Source: Octopus vulgaris (lineage: Eukaryota). From it: a DNA stretch of 64,000 bases. Positions 39,334-53,337 of this stretch are shown piece after piece (the first letter of the stretch is position 1; each line of letters starts with the position of its first letter). The stretch is from positions 49,042,001-49,106,000 of the forward strand of contig OX597825.1 of NCBI GenBank assembly GCA_951406725.2. The letters are read 5' to 3'. The notes under the pieces are model-generated. The model ran no database searches. It had not been told where the DNA came from and was given only the letters and a program-made list of their open reading frames with translations. Position numbers and translations under genes: made by a program.

Positions 39334-40815
39334 TAAGCGCAGTGTAGTATGCAATGACCTCGAAAGGATGAAGCTCAAATGCAATTTTAATTTGAAGATG
39401 AAAAATTTTGAATTGTGAAGAAATGCCTTGCATAAGTGAAAGTATAAAAATTTTCTTCAAATGAAAACAGTGAATATTTAATTTTTTCTAAAAGAATTAT
39501 TGTGATCATGTCCTCATAACGGCTTTAAAACACGCTTATTGTTTTATTCATTTACGTAAGTTAACATCAGAAAATTTTGTGTAGCACAATACGTAATAAA
39601 ACTTTCATTTAGAATTCACTTGACTCCCAACTCACCCGGGTAAACTCATCGTTCTTCTAGAGTAAATAAATCTCAAATACAACAGTCGATCATAACATTT
39701 CCTCTGATGTGTGTTCATTTGTCAATGCTGGAAATTATTATTTCATTAGATATTTTAGTCTTTGTTTCGGATACTCTATCATACCCACCACGCGGCTATT
39801 GTACTCTCAGATAGATTCAAATGTTAACCACGGGGATACTGATATTCTTGATATATATGTACTTGTATGTTGATAGACTATTTAGAGATAATTACCACAG
39901 CATCACAGATACTCTAAGAGTCGTTGAAAATCTTGCTATTTACGACACGGTCTAAAATAGTTTGGGATATTTTCAAAATTGTGACAAATAAGTAATAAAT
40001 ATTTCCTACTGAACCCCTGATACGCCTTATGTGTATGTCCTGGTCTCTCTTGCATTCAAACGTTAATAAACTATTCACCGTTATTATATATATTTATCTA
40101 AATTGTGTATGACGATAAAACATTTTATAGACTAGACTATATGTAATTATTATGGGACAAATATCGGTCTCTTCTATCACAAATCCCACTGAAGATTAAG
40201 CATCGGCTGAAAAATTGTCATAACATCAGAAATACATATCAAAATTATAATATCCACGCTAGATACCTGTAAATTCAAATTTCTCAGCACTATAGCTTGC
40301 CCAAAATGTGAAATTTTTGTTTAAAGCACCAAAAACCTTTTTAGGTACTACAATATTATACCAAGTATATTCACATAACTATTTTAACCATTCTCTTATG
40401 ATCGTAACAGCATACCTATTCTATTGCCGCAGTATTATCATATTATCATACATATTCTACATTACACATAAAACCTCTAAATGTAATGCCAAAACAATAT
40501 TTCAAAAGTCAGGTTATATATTTTAGCAAAAAAATCGTTTTATCTCTAGGCTTAAACACACTCACACATACAGAAATATATGCACATAAACACATACATA
40601 CATAGATACATTGCTGCAGATATATATCTGCACGTATAGATTATATGTGCAGCTAGCGTGGCACCTCTACAAAATCTGATTCTATCATATACTTCTTTCG
40701 TCACATCCTTTGAACAGTTTATCATTCCATTCTGAAATGAAAATATATGCATTAAGTTTAGATTGAAATTAGATAAACATTTATGCACAAACATATATAC
40801 GTATTTATTTATGCA

Positions 40816-40866
<51 letters not shown>

Positions 40867-40988
40867 ACGCAAGCACTTACATACAGTTTGTGAGAGCATA
40901 GAGACATACACGTACGCACACACACACATATATACAAAAAGTATAAATATACATATATGCATACAAGAATGTATACGCATAGGTACAT

Positions 40989-41049
<61 letters not shown>

Positions 41050-42261
41050 CACGCAAGTATGTATCTATGCATGTACTTCTCTAAGTATGAGATTGTCTCA
41101 ACACATACATAATTGCATTTGCATGTGTTACGTGTGAAAAATGTGGCTGTGTATGTCGCAGTGAATGTGCGAGTGTGTGTATCAGTGAATGTGGAAATAA
41201 GCGAGCACACGCACATTTCATCACGCACGCATTCTCACCCTTGCACACGGAAACATATATATATACACGCAGATACACAAACGGACACGCATACACTTAC
41301 ATATGCAATATACACCTCTACATACAAATACATACACATACATACTCCACAAACACACGCACACACATACATTCACACACCTCTCCATGGGGCTACGTAC
41401 AACGTAACAATAAATAAATGAAAAAGTAAAAACTCACTTTGTTGAATTTAATAATTCCACTTACTACTTCAGTATTTTAATCCTCAACAAAAAGAAAATA
41501 AATAAAATAAAAAGAAAAAGAAAAATATAAACTAAAGCGTAAACAAAATGTGAATGACAAACAAAACTTACACGGAAACTCCATGTAAAACAGTATTATA
41601 GTATGTACGTACGCCTGCATGCATGTTTGTATGTATGTATGTATGTATGTATGTATGTATGTATGTATTATGTATTTACTTTTCCAAGTACATATGTATT
41701 TTTACGTTTATATAACATTTATATAGAGACAGATGATATATATATATATATATATATATATGCATGTGTGCATATATGTATGTATATATATATGTATATA
41801 TGCTTGTGTGTATGTAAGTATATATATAAATATGTATGTATGTATATGTATATATATATAGAAACGCGTCTGACTGTAAATACATAGGCATGTATGTATG
41901 TAAGTACGTACCCACACCATATATTCTTATGCCATTGTTTCTAAGTTTATATTACTAACTCTCTGCGCTCGCGTGGGCGAACATAGACGCGTGCAGACAC
42001 ACCTATACACATACACGTACGCATACACACTCACACACATTCTCACACATGTATATACGCATAGGCAGAAAGTGAAAAACGCAGAATACGGAGGTTATAT
42101 ATAGATGAATCTTGTGTGTTTACGTACATAATCAGATAAATGATACTCTGCGAATTTACATAGATATTTTATGCATTTTACATTTTGCATACATCCATTC
42201 ATAATATATATACATACATAATATGTATGGATATACATATACATATGTGCATATATCTATA

Positions 42262-42293
<32 letters not shown>

Positions 42294-42342
42294 CATATAT
42301 ATCCATATATATATATATATCCATAAATATAATAAACAATAT

Positions 42343-42391
<49 letters not shown>

Positions 42392-43688
42392 TACAAACTC
42401 ACACACGCACACACATGCATATTCAGCTTTATTTCACTAACAATATACCCATTTCTCCCTATGGAATATTTTGTATAAAGAGATTATACGAGATAAAATA
42501 CCTTTTGTCGTTAAAATTGTAACATAATGTTTGGAGTTGAAGAGTACTGTACGTTTTTGTAAATCCTACATTTCTTTGAAAATCACGAAATAATAAACAA
42601 TGATTCCTTCACATAAAGATAGAGAAGAGAGAAAATATGTATTATAGATGTGTGTTTCACATCAGATAGTTGAAAAAATGATGAATCGAATGATAAACAC
42701 TTGGTTCTATATTTCTGGCAACTGTGGAAAATATCGCGTCTTTGGAAGTTGCAACGTTATATTTGATACGTTTGTATGTCTTTCTTGTGGGCCACCTTGT
42801 TATTATATATGATTATTTTTGTGCTTTAGGGTAATATAAAAAAAAATTGTTACACCTTGTAAACTTTGATTGTGAAAATGTTTGCTCATTCGAATAGTTT
42901 AGCATTTGGAATGCAGACCTGAATTCTCGGTTATTTGGAAATTGCCATTCGCTGCCAGTTAAAATTATTCATAATTCTCTATTTGCATTAAATAAATTTT
43001 ACTGCCTGTTATGACCAGGAGTTTCTTTGATTTCTGGAGTGTATTTTATGATTATAACGTTTACGTTGTATGTTGGGAGAAAGATAACTAACTTCATGTA
43101 ATAAGAATTATCTAATAAGGTTGAGTTATAAACTTTGCTATTTTTCTGAAAAATATAAACATCCAAAACAAAACAAAACATAATACAAATCTGCAATTTT
43201 TATATCCAGAAATCAATCCATAAATTTTGAGCAAGAATATGTTGAGATAAACGATAAGAATGCTCGTCTGGTGCATTGTGTCAGTAATACCAACGTACAG
43301 CACCTTGTGTCACACCATATGACGATGATTCGGCATGTCTGTGGAATGCTCAACCACCAACATTCAATTCAGGAGCAATTCAATTGATTGAACAACTGAA
43401 CATCCCTTGTGAGATTTCGTGTTTCTGTTCTTTTTTCTTTGATAATCGGAGACCTGACGCTAAGCGTAATGTAATTTGAACTTGAGTTGAATATGCTTTA
43501 TAAATAAATATTTTAATGCTCTACTTCTGTATCGAGTACTCTCCTTATACATTTTCTTCTACAAATGTGTTTATATTCTAGTGCTTAACAACAAATGCAT
43601 TATATAAAAACTTGAACCGTTAAGCTCTACACATTTTTCTCTCCGTATTGTTTTCGTTCTCTCTCCATTTCTTCAATCTGAACCTTTT

Positions 43689-43718
43689 CTGTCGAAGAGC
43701 GTAGGCTCCAGACGTCAA
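43689..43718 (+). ncRNA. Decayed minimal hammerhead-like motif
   Basis: ctgtcga-a-gagc-gtag-gctc-caga-cgtc; three substitutions from CUGACGA..GAAACGUC; stem II perfect. Confidence 0.35.
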
Positions 43719-43793
43719 TCACTTTTCCATTCTTCCAGAGCGTCAAAGTAATACATGTGGTTGTTGCTCACTCACCTGTCTTCGTGTTTTGTT

Positions 43794-43825
<32 letters not shown>

Positions 43826-43896
43826 TAATTTACGTGTATATATATATATATATATATATATATTAATTTACGTGTATATATATATATATATATATA

Positions 43897-44398
43897 TTTA
43901 TATAACTCTAGTTGTGTGAGTGTCTGTCCCCTTCGATTTAGATTCCTAACTACTCCCACATTTTGCAGTGCAGTTTAACCAAATTCGGGTATCTTATAGT
44001 CGTGATTCATATCAAGCCTGGCTATTAGCACGCGTCTACGATGAGTCTACTATTTTAAAAATAATTTAACATCATTTTTTATTCCATTTTAATGCATAAT
44101 TTTTCGTGTGTCGATGGCGGCGGAGTTGGCGTCCATGGTCACACCTGCACCTGTTTGCTTCTCCCCTTCTTCCCTCCCTCGTGAAGCTGTGGGGAAGGGA
44201 GTGTAAGGAAATCAACGTCGTAAAGCGTTGTCAAGGAGACCAGCGTTCTTTTAGAACAACGACTTCATGGCTTGAAGACACCAAAACAGAAATGGCTAAG
44301 AAAGCCCGAATTGGCATCTATAAGGGAAGTAACTCTCTAAAAATGCTTATATAGTTATTTCCCTTACAAACCCGAGCAACGCTGGGCGATACTGCTAG
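43897..44398 (+). mobile_element. Non-autonomous Helitron-like element
   Basis: Subterminal hairpin cccgagcaacgctggg (44371-44386) 8 nt before a CTAG end followed by T; inserted in (TA)n; no TIR or TSD. Confidence 0.7.
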
Positions 44399-44439
44399 TA
44401 TATATATATATTATATATATAAATATATATATATTAATT

Positions 44440-44612
<173 letters not shown>

Positions 44613-45592
44613 ATGAGATTCAGATGAATTAGTTACTTAATTTGAAGCACCAAAAATTAGTGCGGTATTTTCCGTACAAATTCAAAGTAAGGTGAATAAA
44701 ATCAAAATAAGCAACAGGATATCCAGAGGCATTATATGGCTCCAGTACTCCTTTAGTAAATGCCAGTGATACCACCTAATAAGTAAATAATTAAGTATAA
44801 TATATTCTAAATTATTCAAAATTTATCATTTTGGTCATAATATTTTCTTGATAACTCTAAATTTTATTTTTATACAATATAACAATATTGTTTAAATCAA
44901 TCCCCTATAGTACCCCATGATAAAATTTCCTCTCTATTATTATCATTAGTTTTATTAGCGTCTTGCCCCTTTAACTGGTAACTAACATCTGGATTTGAGG
45001 TCTTCCACTACCCAACCTCATTATAGCCAGTTACTTTATACTACTTCAAAATAATCTTGACAAGTTTTATGACTATTCCCACTATGATTCTGTCAACTCC
45101 TTCATGCCCTTACCTTACCTAACGGACACTATTATCCTGTCTTAGATCTGATATACAGATATTTGATAAACAACACTAATAAATTAAAACTGAACCAAAA
45201 TCAGTGACAAGCTTTTCCCTGATGTCTTAGAAACTTCTAAGCTGAAGTGATAACAGCATGGACTTTATTTACCTTCTTACTCTCTTAGAGGATTTAAGTA
45301 AAATTATACAAATGTGTCCGACTGATTAAAATTTCTATTTATTTATTTATGCAACTGAGGATTGCCTTGCATTTAAATTGATGTAATGATTGCATTGTTA
45401 AATTAAATGGAGTCACTTGAAACAGTAGTACTGCATCATCTCTAGATATCATGTTGCTTATTTTGATATATATTTATATATATGCGAAATATGTATATAT
45501 ACACAATATAGATACACAAACACATGTATATATATATATATATATATATACATACATACATACATACATCACACACACACACACGCACACAG

Positions 45593-45935
45593 GCCACTCT
45601 GAATGACACAATTAGAAGGGGCCTCAGTTGGGGCCAGTGGGTTTCGACCGCGGTGACGGTAAGCACCCCGATGGAATAACTCTCTTCTCATTCAAGGGAA
45701 GCAGATTCCTAAACTGGGACGCAACGTACAGCGACACTTTCTCCTATTACAACCTTGCCCTATCAGCTGCAAACCCGGGTGCCACCGCCTATAATACGGA
45801 GGAGGGAAAAATTAATAAATACAAAGGACTGACCGGCCAATCTCAGTTTGGGCCAGTCGCCGTCGAGGTGATAAGTATTCTTGGACCCCGTACTATCACC
45901 TTTTCCTGCACGATCGGAATAATAGTGATAGGATC
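45593..45935 (+). mobile_element. Restriction-like endonuclease fragment of a CRE-type non-LTR retrotransposon
   Basis: RGDGKHPDGITL..LNWDATYSDT..EEGKINKYKGL..FGPVAVEVISILGP matches the PD-..D..K..KY RLE pattern. Confidence 0.8.
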
Positions 45936-47883
45936 ATAGGGGAATAGGGTCCCCTCATACACAAGATTTAAAATCTTAGAAAATTACCAAATTTAAATCT
46001 CAAAATCCACCTATTTCTTGTAATTAAATTTGATGAGTTAGCAGAGAAAGCTTAAATGAATAACTGAAAATGTCGCTTTATAGATAAACTTTTCAAAATT
46101 CGTTTTTGGATTTTGTTTGCAAGATTCTTTATATGAGTTCGTGTGTTGAAGCATAGTCTGTTCTGTCTGGGGAGAGTCATTCTCTTTTAGTGCCTTATTA
46201 TTTAACACACTCACTTTCAAAATTCAAATTTCGTTTTCCACACTTCCATTTTGCGGTGTTTGACATTTCCTTCTCTGTACAATGATGGACGGAAGATGGG
46301 GTAAAACCTTTTTTGTTTTAATGCAAATTACAAATGTTTCAGAATACGATAAAATGACAAAAAATTATGAAAAAGACAAGAAAACTTTTTTGTGGTTGTT
46401 GCTGTTCCAAAGGCATGATGTGTGCGTGTGTGAGTGTGCATGTGTGACTGAGGTTGGTGGGTGGATATACCAACATTTAAAAGTCACATATTTTAAAAAA
46501 TTCTTCTTTAAAATGGCTTCCTTTCATTGTTTTGCAATGCCTGAAAAGAACAAAAAAGAAGAAGAAAGGGAAAATCCCGATAAAAACAGTGAAATTCAAA
46601 CAGCTATTCCGAAAGTTTTCTTTTCCAGTTTCCAGGAGGAGCAGGTGGAGCACAATGAGCAATATTTACTGCATTTTTGATGTGGAAGAAAATATAAATT
46701 TTAGAAAAGTTTACTACCTTACCAAATCTATATCCGCTAAGCAAAGACCTTCTCTAAATGCAGTAAAAAGTATAACATATTCAAAACACTATTTCAGAAG
46801 TCATCGCCGTTCTCTTTGTGTATATAAAAGACAAATTTTGGCGGGGCAAAATGAGTAAGACAAGATAAGGTAAATTTACCTCTTCGATTCTCCAAAATTG
46901 AAGGGGCAAGAAAAAAAAAAAAAAGATGACTTATACACGTAAACATCCATCCCTCAAAATCAGAAATATTAGAAATCCAACGAAAGTTTTAAATATCTTA
47001 GCCATATGAAAGAATCATGGGAAAATAACACGTGATATGGAATTAACGAAGCTCGACTAAATCTGAAGACTCGACATAAAATATTCTCTATAGCTTCTTC
47101 ACGAGCTGTTGAAGTGGCTGAAAAATTTATCCACCATGCAGTTATGTAGAAGAAATTATTACGAATAGTCATTACTCATTTTGCTCTAATTGAGAGATTT
47201 TGTTTTGAAACCTGAAGATCATCCAATTAGTTATTAGTGTAGGGAAACAGAGAAAAGAATATTGATGGTTAAACATCAAACATTATCCAGATATTTTATT
47301 AGCTACCTCAATTACAATCGGGTTAAATTTGAGGAAAAATTTCTCGAAAAACCAGTATCTGCCACCTTTGTTTCAAACTCTCAGCTTGATCAACAACAGC
47401 ATAAACTATACTGACCAATTTTTACTCCTGATGATGATGCAAGGGCACAAAATAAGAATACAATATTTGCATTGTAGTGGTTAAAAAACTGGAGGGAGAA
47501 AAAAACAAGAAATCGGTTATTACTTATTTTTATCCAGTTAACATATTTTCCCCACTTTCATATAGAAATTTCAAGTGTTTAACAGAGTGACGAAAATTAT
47601 AGGAAAAAGTAAAGAAGAAAAAAATCCGATTTAACAAAAAATAATTTGAAAATATATGCAATAACTTTAAAGCAGAAAATAAAAATGCTTTTAGCGGTTG
47701 AAAGATGTAATATTGCAATCAAAACAAAATTCAAAGTTTAAATCTTGGAACATAGGTTTTACTTGATTCATGAAATAAGACCAGTTTTCACTGCCTTACT
47801 GAAGTAATTAAGTTTCGAAGTAGCAATGTTCGCCTGCCCAACGACACTCTCATACACACTCACAAACAAGCACACAAGCATTT

Positions 47884-47915
<32 letters not shown>

Positions 47916-48175
47916 TAACACTCATTTACATAGACCCATAAATACATTATGAATAAGATAATCAATCAATTTACCATCAATCTAAGAGATTTAAAAAAGC
48001 AGAAAATTGCATATTTCCATTGAGATAAGTGATAAAAATATTTTTTCAGGCATACAAATTTCTTTAAAAAGGAACTTTAGTAGACACTCGTACACACGTA
48101 AACACACTCACACACACACAGACACAGACACACAGACACAGACACACAGACACACACACACACACACATGCATGT

Positions 48176-48590
48176 ATGATATGGCTCTGTCTCGCTTGCG
48201 GTAGGGAGCTAATCTCTCTTATCAGTCATTAGAGAAGTGCGTCTCGCGGCTAAGAGTTGCCCTGACTCTTATCTCTAGCAATAATTGTGCTGACTAGTAC
48301 CTTTAGGTACCATAGGGACGTCTATGCTTGTGCCTTTTGGTTGTAAATTGCGAGAAAGCCACCTTGATAATTTATAATTTTCGCATTTAGCGTTTATTGA
48401 ATCAGCCACTGAATCCTGCGCTATTTTCTGTATACGGACGAAACGAGTTAGATTTAACCCTCGGCAAACGAGTGAGAGTCACTGATGAGGTTTAATCAAT
48501 TCCGAAACCATCGATGATATGGCTCTGTCTTGCTTGGGGATACGAGCTTCTAGTGGCTAAGAGTTGTTCTGATTCTTATTTCAAACGTCT
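48176..48590 (+). mobile_element. Retrozyme-like non-coding partial tandem (338 nt period)
   Basis: atgatatggctctgtct(c/t)gcttg repeats at 48176 and 48514; ggctaagagttg..tcttat is also repeated; a hammerhead spans the junction. Confidence 0.7.
48475..48526 (+). ncRNA. Type I hammerhead ribozyme motif (best-preserved core)
   Basis: Stem I agagtca/tggctct, CUGAUGA 48482-48488, stem II gg..cc, GAAA 48504-48507, palindromic catcgatg, UA 48518-48519. Confidence 0.8.
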
Positions 48591-50640
48591 ATGTGTGTGT
48601 GTGTGTGTGCGCGTGCGAATCTATGTATGTATTTACGAGACCGTTGTAGACAATGACTGCTACTTTTCGGTTTATTAACACCATCGTCCTTCAATCTCTG
48701 CTCAACTATTTTCAGAAATAATTTTACACGCCCATAAATCAAATACTAAAGTTTTGACGTATGTGCGTGTGTATATATGTGTATTTAAGTGTTCATGCGT
48801 ATATGTATGTGCATGTGTGTGTGAGCATACACACACTTACACATACCCGCGCGCACATACACACGCACGCACGCAGACAGACACAACTGTACTCTTATGC
48901 AAATGAAGCATAGCGTGTTAATATATATACAAATATATCCGCTATGATCCGGTTTGCCATATGAACCATAATCTCGGAAATATGGATACAAAATTTATAT
49001 GTTATATATTTTGCATAATTTATATATTTTGTATGGTTATATATTTTCAGTATCGTCGCACAAATTATATTCTTTTTCTCCCCACGGAATATTTTATATA
49101 AAGAGATTTTATAACATTAAAAACCTGTTGTCGTTAAAATTGTAACACTGGTATTTAAAGTTGAGGAGTGTTACAATATTTGTCTATGCTACCTTTCTCT
49201 CAAAGTTCTCAAAATATAAACAAAATATTCCTAACTTTAAACAAAATGCAATTTGGTTTAATTTCTAACGATATAAGAGTGGCAGTAGCAGGCAGTTTTC
49301 TTTAGTCATTGATATAAATACTACTAGTCCATATGAGAAGTCCTCTCAAGATAAATAACGCAGTAGTCTTTGTTCTAACGCAACGTTCACATTAAGTTGG
49401 AGATAAAGATTGCATCTTGATATTTGTGGTGTTATGAGCCAGGCTATGTTGTAAGGAAGGGTCGGAAGTAAGGGAGTAGGCATGTCCTGTCGGACGTGGG
49501 GTCTGTGGATCCCACCAGAAATGCCGCTGTGGAATGCGGCATCAGCGAAGCACGAGGAGCCATTTGTTGAATGTGACCTTTTTTTCCGGACCGACTGGTA
49601 AGACTACCGTAATTCTCTCTCCGCTTCCGTCTTTTTCTTCCTTTACATCACAAGCTATTTCGGCAAAAAAAAAAATGATGAGTATGGTCCAGGTTTTGAA
49701 TGAAACGGTTAGGCCACTTTGTGGCTAGGGAGATATGACCGCCTGGCTGCAAAAAATTAAGTTGGTGGCAAGACTCCAAGGTATAGATGATCTAGCGAGT
49801 TCTATACCGTTGTACCTCGATGGATCGGCGTTGGTGCTATACCTGGAAATGGAAGAGAAGGACCCATTGAGCGCAGAAAAATAGAAGGCCCGCTGATGGA
49901 GGTTTTTATTGTATTATTTATGGTATATAGTCGACTGGGGAAAGCAAAGTGGATGGACGAACAGGTCGATGTGGCTTGCCAACGAAATCAGGCTAGACTC
50001 GTGGAATATAGAGTTGTCGCGTTAGAACAAACCGTTAAATTAGCCTTTGTGACAGGATTTCCTGACCAGTTGTCGGTCGAACTGTAAAAGCCGACGAACA
50101 TTCACTCCGTGACAATGGGAGAGGTAATATCTCGGGCCAGAGCCATCGTCTCGTGTTGTAGGACGACACCTTAGGCAGTAACTGCAACACTGAGAAGGGG
50201 TCAAACAAGAAACGCGTGCGACCCTTCAAAGGGCAGTTTTCGGTGTTGGGATTTGCATAGGGTGAGGGATTGCAAAGAACTCAGGCATGGAGTAATTTTC
50301 TATGGATGCCGTGCTGAAAGAGCTGAACCTGGCTCTCACGTTCAGGCTACGTACTATCGAGGTCCGGACCGATTCGGCCACCGTACTTAGATGGGTGGGA
50401 TCAGTGATCACAGGCGAGCGGAGGGTACAAACAAAGGGGGTGCAGATATGCTGATAAAACGCCGTCTGGGAATTCTGGGCGAGCTAGCTGCCGAGTTTGA
50501 CCTGAGGCTGAGTATGGTTCTTATGCCCTCATAGAGGAATAGAGCGGACGTCCTAACCAGAGGAAAAGAAATCCTGGTTGGAGTTAGGTGCGAGAGGATC
50601 TGGAGCAAGGAGTGACTCGGAGCACAGGAGATTGCATACC

Positions 50641-50879
50641 TATTTCTTTACTACCCACAAGGGGCTAAACATACAGGGGAGAAACAAGTACAGACAAACG
50701 GATTAAGTCTATTACATCGACCCCAGCGCGTCACTGGTACTTAATTTATCGACCCTGAAAGGATGAAAGGTAAAGTCGACCTGGGTGGAATTTGAACTCA
50801 GAACGCGGCGGTGGACGAAATACCACAAAGCATTTTGCGCGGCGTGCTAACGTTTCTGCCAGCTCGCCACTTTAATGAT
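50641..50879 (-). mobile_element. SINE family B inserted in the integrase N-terminal region
   Basis: 14 bp TSD ggagattgcatacc at 50627-50640 and 50880-50893. Confidence 0.9.
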
Positions 50880-51747
50880 GGAGATTGCATACCATGCATC
50901 ACATAGGGGTGGATAGGATCCAGTTCCTGGCCAGGAAAGTTGACTCTGACGTGACCAGGCAGAGTGTGCAAAAAGTAGTTGGGAGATGCGACAGGTGCCA
51001 GTCCATTGACCCTGCTCTGGGAACTGGAAACGACTGGCAGTGGACGTGACGCACTACCGGCAGGAGACATACCTCTCGAGTGTCGACTGCGGACCGGGAC
51101 GGTTGGTCATATGGATTGAGATGAAGACGGAGACGGGGGAGGAAATCACAAGACTACTGAATGAGATATTCCTAGAACGAGGCCCTGTGAATAAGCTGCT
51201 TGTGGACAATGGCATGGCGTTTCGCTCGGAGGTGCTGAGGGAAATGCTCAGCAAGTGGTATGTCAGCTGTTTCTTTAGGGCGGCATACCGGTCAAGTGTC
51301 AATGGGGTTGTGGAGAGGTATCATCGTACCATCAAGACCATAGCAGAGAGGGGCCGCATCTCACCGGTCGAGGCCGTTTTTTGGTATATGTCGACCAGGA
51401 CGGGACAGGCTGAGGAGTCAGTGTCACACAGGGAAATATTCAAGTACGAGTGGAGGCATCCATGTACCTGATCGCCGCATCCCGCAGAAGAGAAAGGGCA
51501 TCCCTTTGTGCAGGTCGGAGAAGAAGTCTGGGTTAAGCCTCCAAATGCACGATGCACATCACAGTGGGGAAAGGCTATAATAACCTCTGTGAATTCGAGG
51601 AACAATTTATCCGTAGATGGCATGCTACGAGATGTTTTGGATGTGCACAGGATCATCATTGCGACGGAGGATGGAGCCAACAGTAACGGACAAGAGGAGG
51701 CCGGCAGGAACATGCCAGGAACTGGGGCAAGTCCTGAAGTCCCATAG
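50880..51747 (+). pseudogene. Retroviral-type integrase remnant
   Basis: H..H and CDRCQ zinc motif, WKRLAVDVTHY, LLVDNGMAFRS, NGVVERYHRTIK (D,D35E-like), QVGEEVWVKPP. Confidence 0.88.
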
Positions 51748-53301
51748 CGGTGACAGAGGGAGCGGTGCCCTCCTCAAAGGTTGGCTGTTTACGAGACAAG
51801 TTTAAGGCGTATGGTCGGGGTTGAGAAGAGGGCGTGGGCAGGCTGGATGAATGATCATCAGATCAGAGGGGCATGTGGTGTTATCAGCCAGGCTGTGTTG
51901 TAGGGAAGGATCGGAAGTAAGGGAGTAGGTATGTCCTGTCGGAAGTAGGACCTGTGGATCTCACCGGAAGTGCCGCGTTGGAAATGCAGCATCAGCGAAG
52001 CACGAGGGGCTAGTTGGCGGTGAACAGCACATCAGAGCGAACGTGTAAGACTGTACAGCGACGGATAGCGCATGTGAACGTGGAACGAACTTGGAGATCG
52101 AGACAGTACGTAGATATTGAAAGTAACCGTTTTTCCCAACCACTGGTAAGACTACCGTAATTTTCTCTTCACTTCCCTCTTTTTCTTCCTTTACATTGCA
52201 ATATTAATACTGCTTCTGTGAATATAAAAAAAAATATGTCCTCTCTGAAAGTTACAATTTTATTTTTTATATATTTCTATGTACTTTCGGGATACGATGT
52301 TTTATTCAACCTCTTGGAATAATTAAAGCTAGTTTCAATAAACTAAGTAGCAGAACAACAGTAAAGTGCTAGTTTATAATTATTGCAAGGTCAATTGAAA
52401 ATAATTAATTTCAAATTGATATACTCTAACATCTGCCGCTTGTTATGTATTCATATCGAGGCATTAATTCAGATTAATTTATCGTTAATTATAGGAAACT
52501 AGGTGTGCTAATAACTTAATTAAACTTTCCATGGAAAACTGCTGCCAATTCTATAATATAGTTGTTTGTAGTAAATGATTCAATAACTTGTATATTTCAC
52601 GATGATAGTTTTGCGGATTGCTTGAACCTGATACAACACTGTGAAATGAAATTACGATTTAATTACTCGGAACAGATTTAATATCTGTCTATATCTTAGA
52701 GAAATGCGTGCCTATGAATGCAATTATATATGTTGCTGAATCGTTTTAATGTTAATTACACAAAGTAGACAAATTAAACGCAAACAGACTGAAATGTTTG
52801 GAGATAGCTAGAAAAATATGTAAAATTGATGATATAGTGAGATACATGCCTTTATATACATTATAAAGACAATAAACCCGCAATTACTTGTATCATTGTT
52901 TTGCATAATTAAATTCAAAGAAGTCCTTGTCAAACATATTTTACATAAAACATCCATCAACATAACATTTCTTTCTATCTACCGGAAATGATTAAATGGC
53001 CAGCGAACTCAGCTAAACCCAGATCATTGATGTATTTAATATTCAATCAAATTTAAAAAAAAAGTTTTTACAAAGCCGATAGATATTTTGAAATCATGTG
53101 ATTGTAATAATACAAACTGGAATTAATTTACTGCAATGTAAAAGGGATAGTGCATTTTCTTGTTTCTAGTATTTATAATATTTCCATATCGCCCAAGTTC
53201 TGTTGGGAAATTTTTACATTTAAAGTATGTGTATGTGTATATGTGTGTACGTATATATGTACATGGATATATGTATGCATGTGTATATATGAGTGTGTGT
53301 G

Positions 53302-53337
<36 letters not shown>

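Larger units (their letters stand above)
49425..52200 (+). mobile_element. Internally deleted Gypsy-like LTR retrotransposon
   Basis: LTRs 49425-49652 and 51874-52200 (TG..CA), 5 bp TSD atatt on both sides, PPT agagggg; gag remnant AWLQKIKLVARLQG, RNase H remnant EVRTDSATVLRW..NRADVLT, integrase downstream; no protease or RT core seen. Confidence 0.92.

Noticed and set aside
40185-40225. CUGAAGA..GAAA-aattg-UC hammerhead-like string
   Set aside because: No stem I pairing (ccca versus ataa); a decayed copy or chance.
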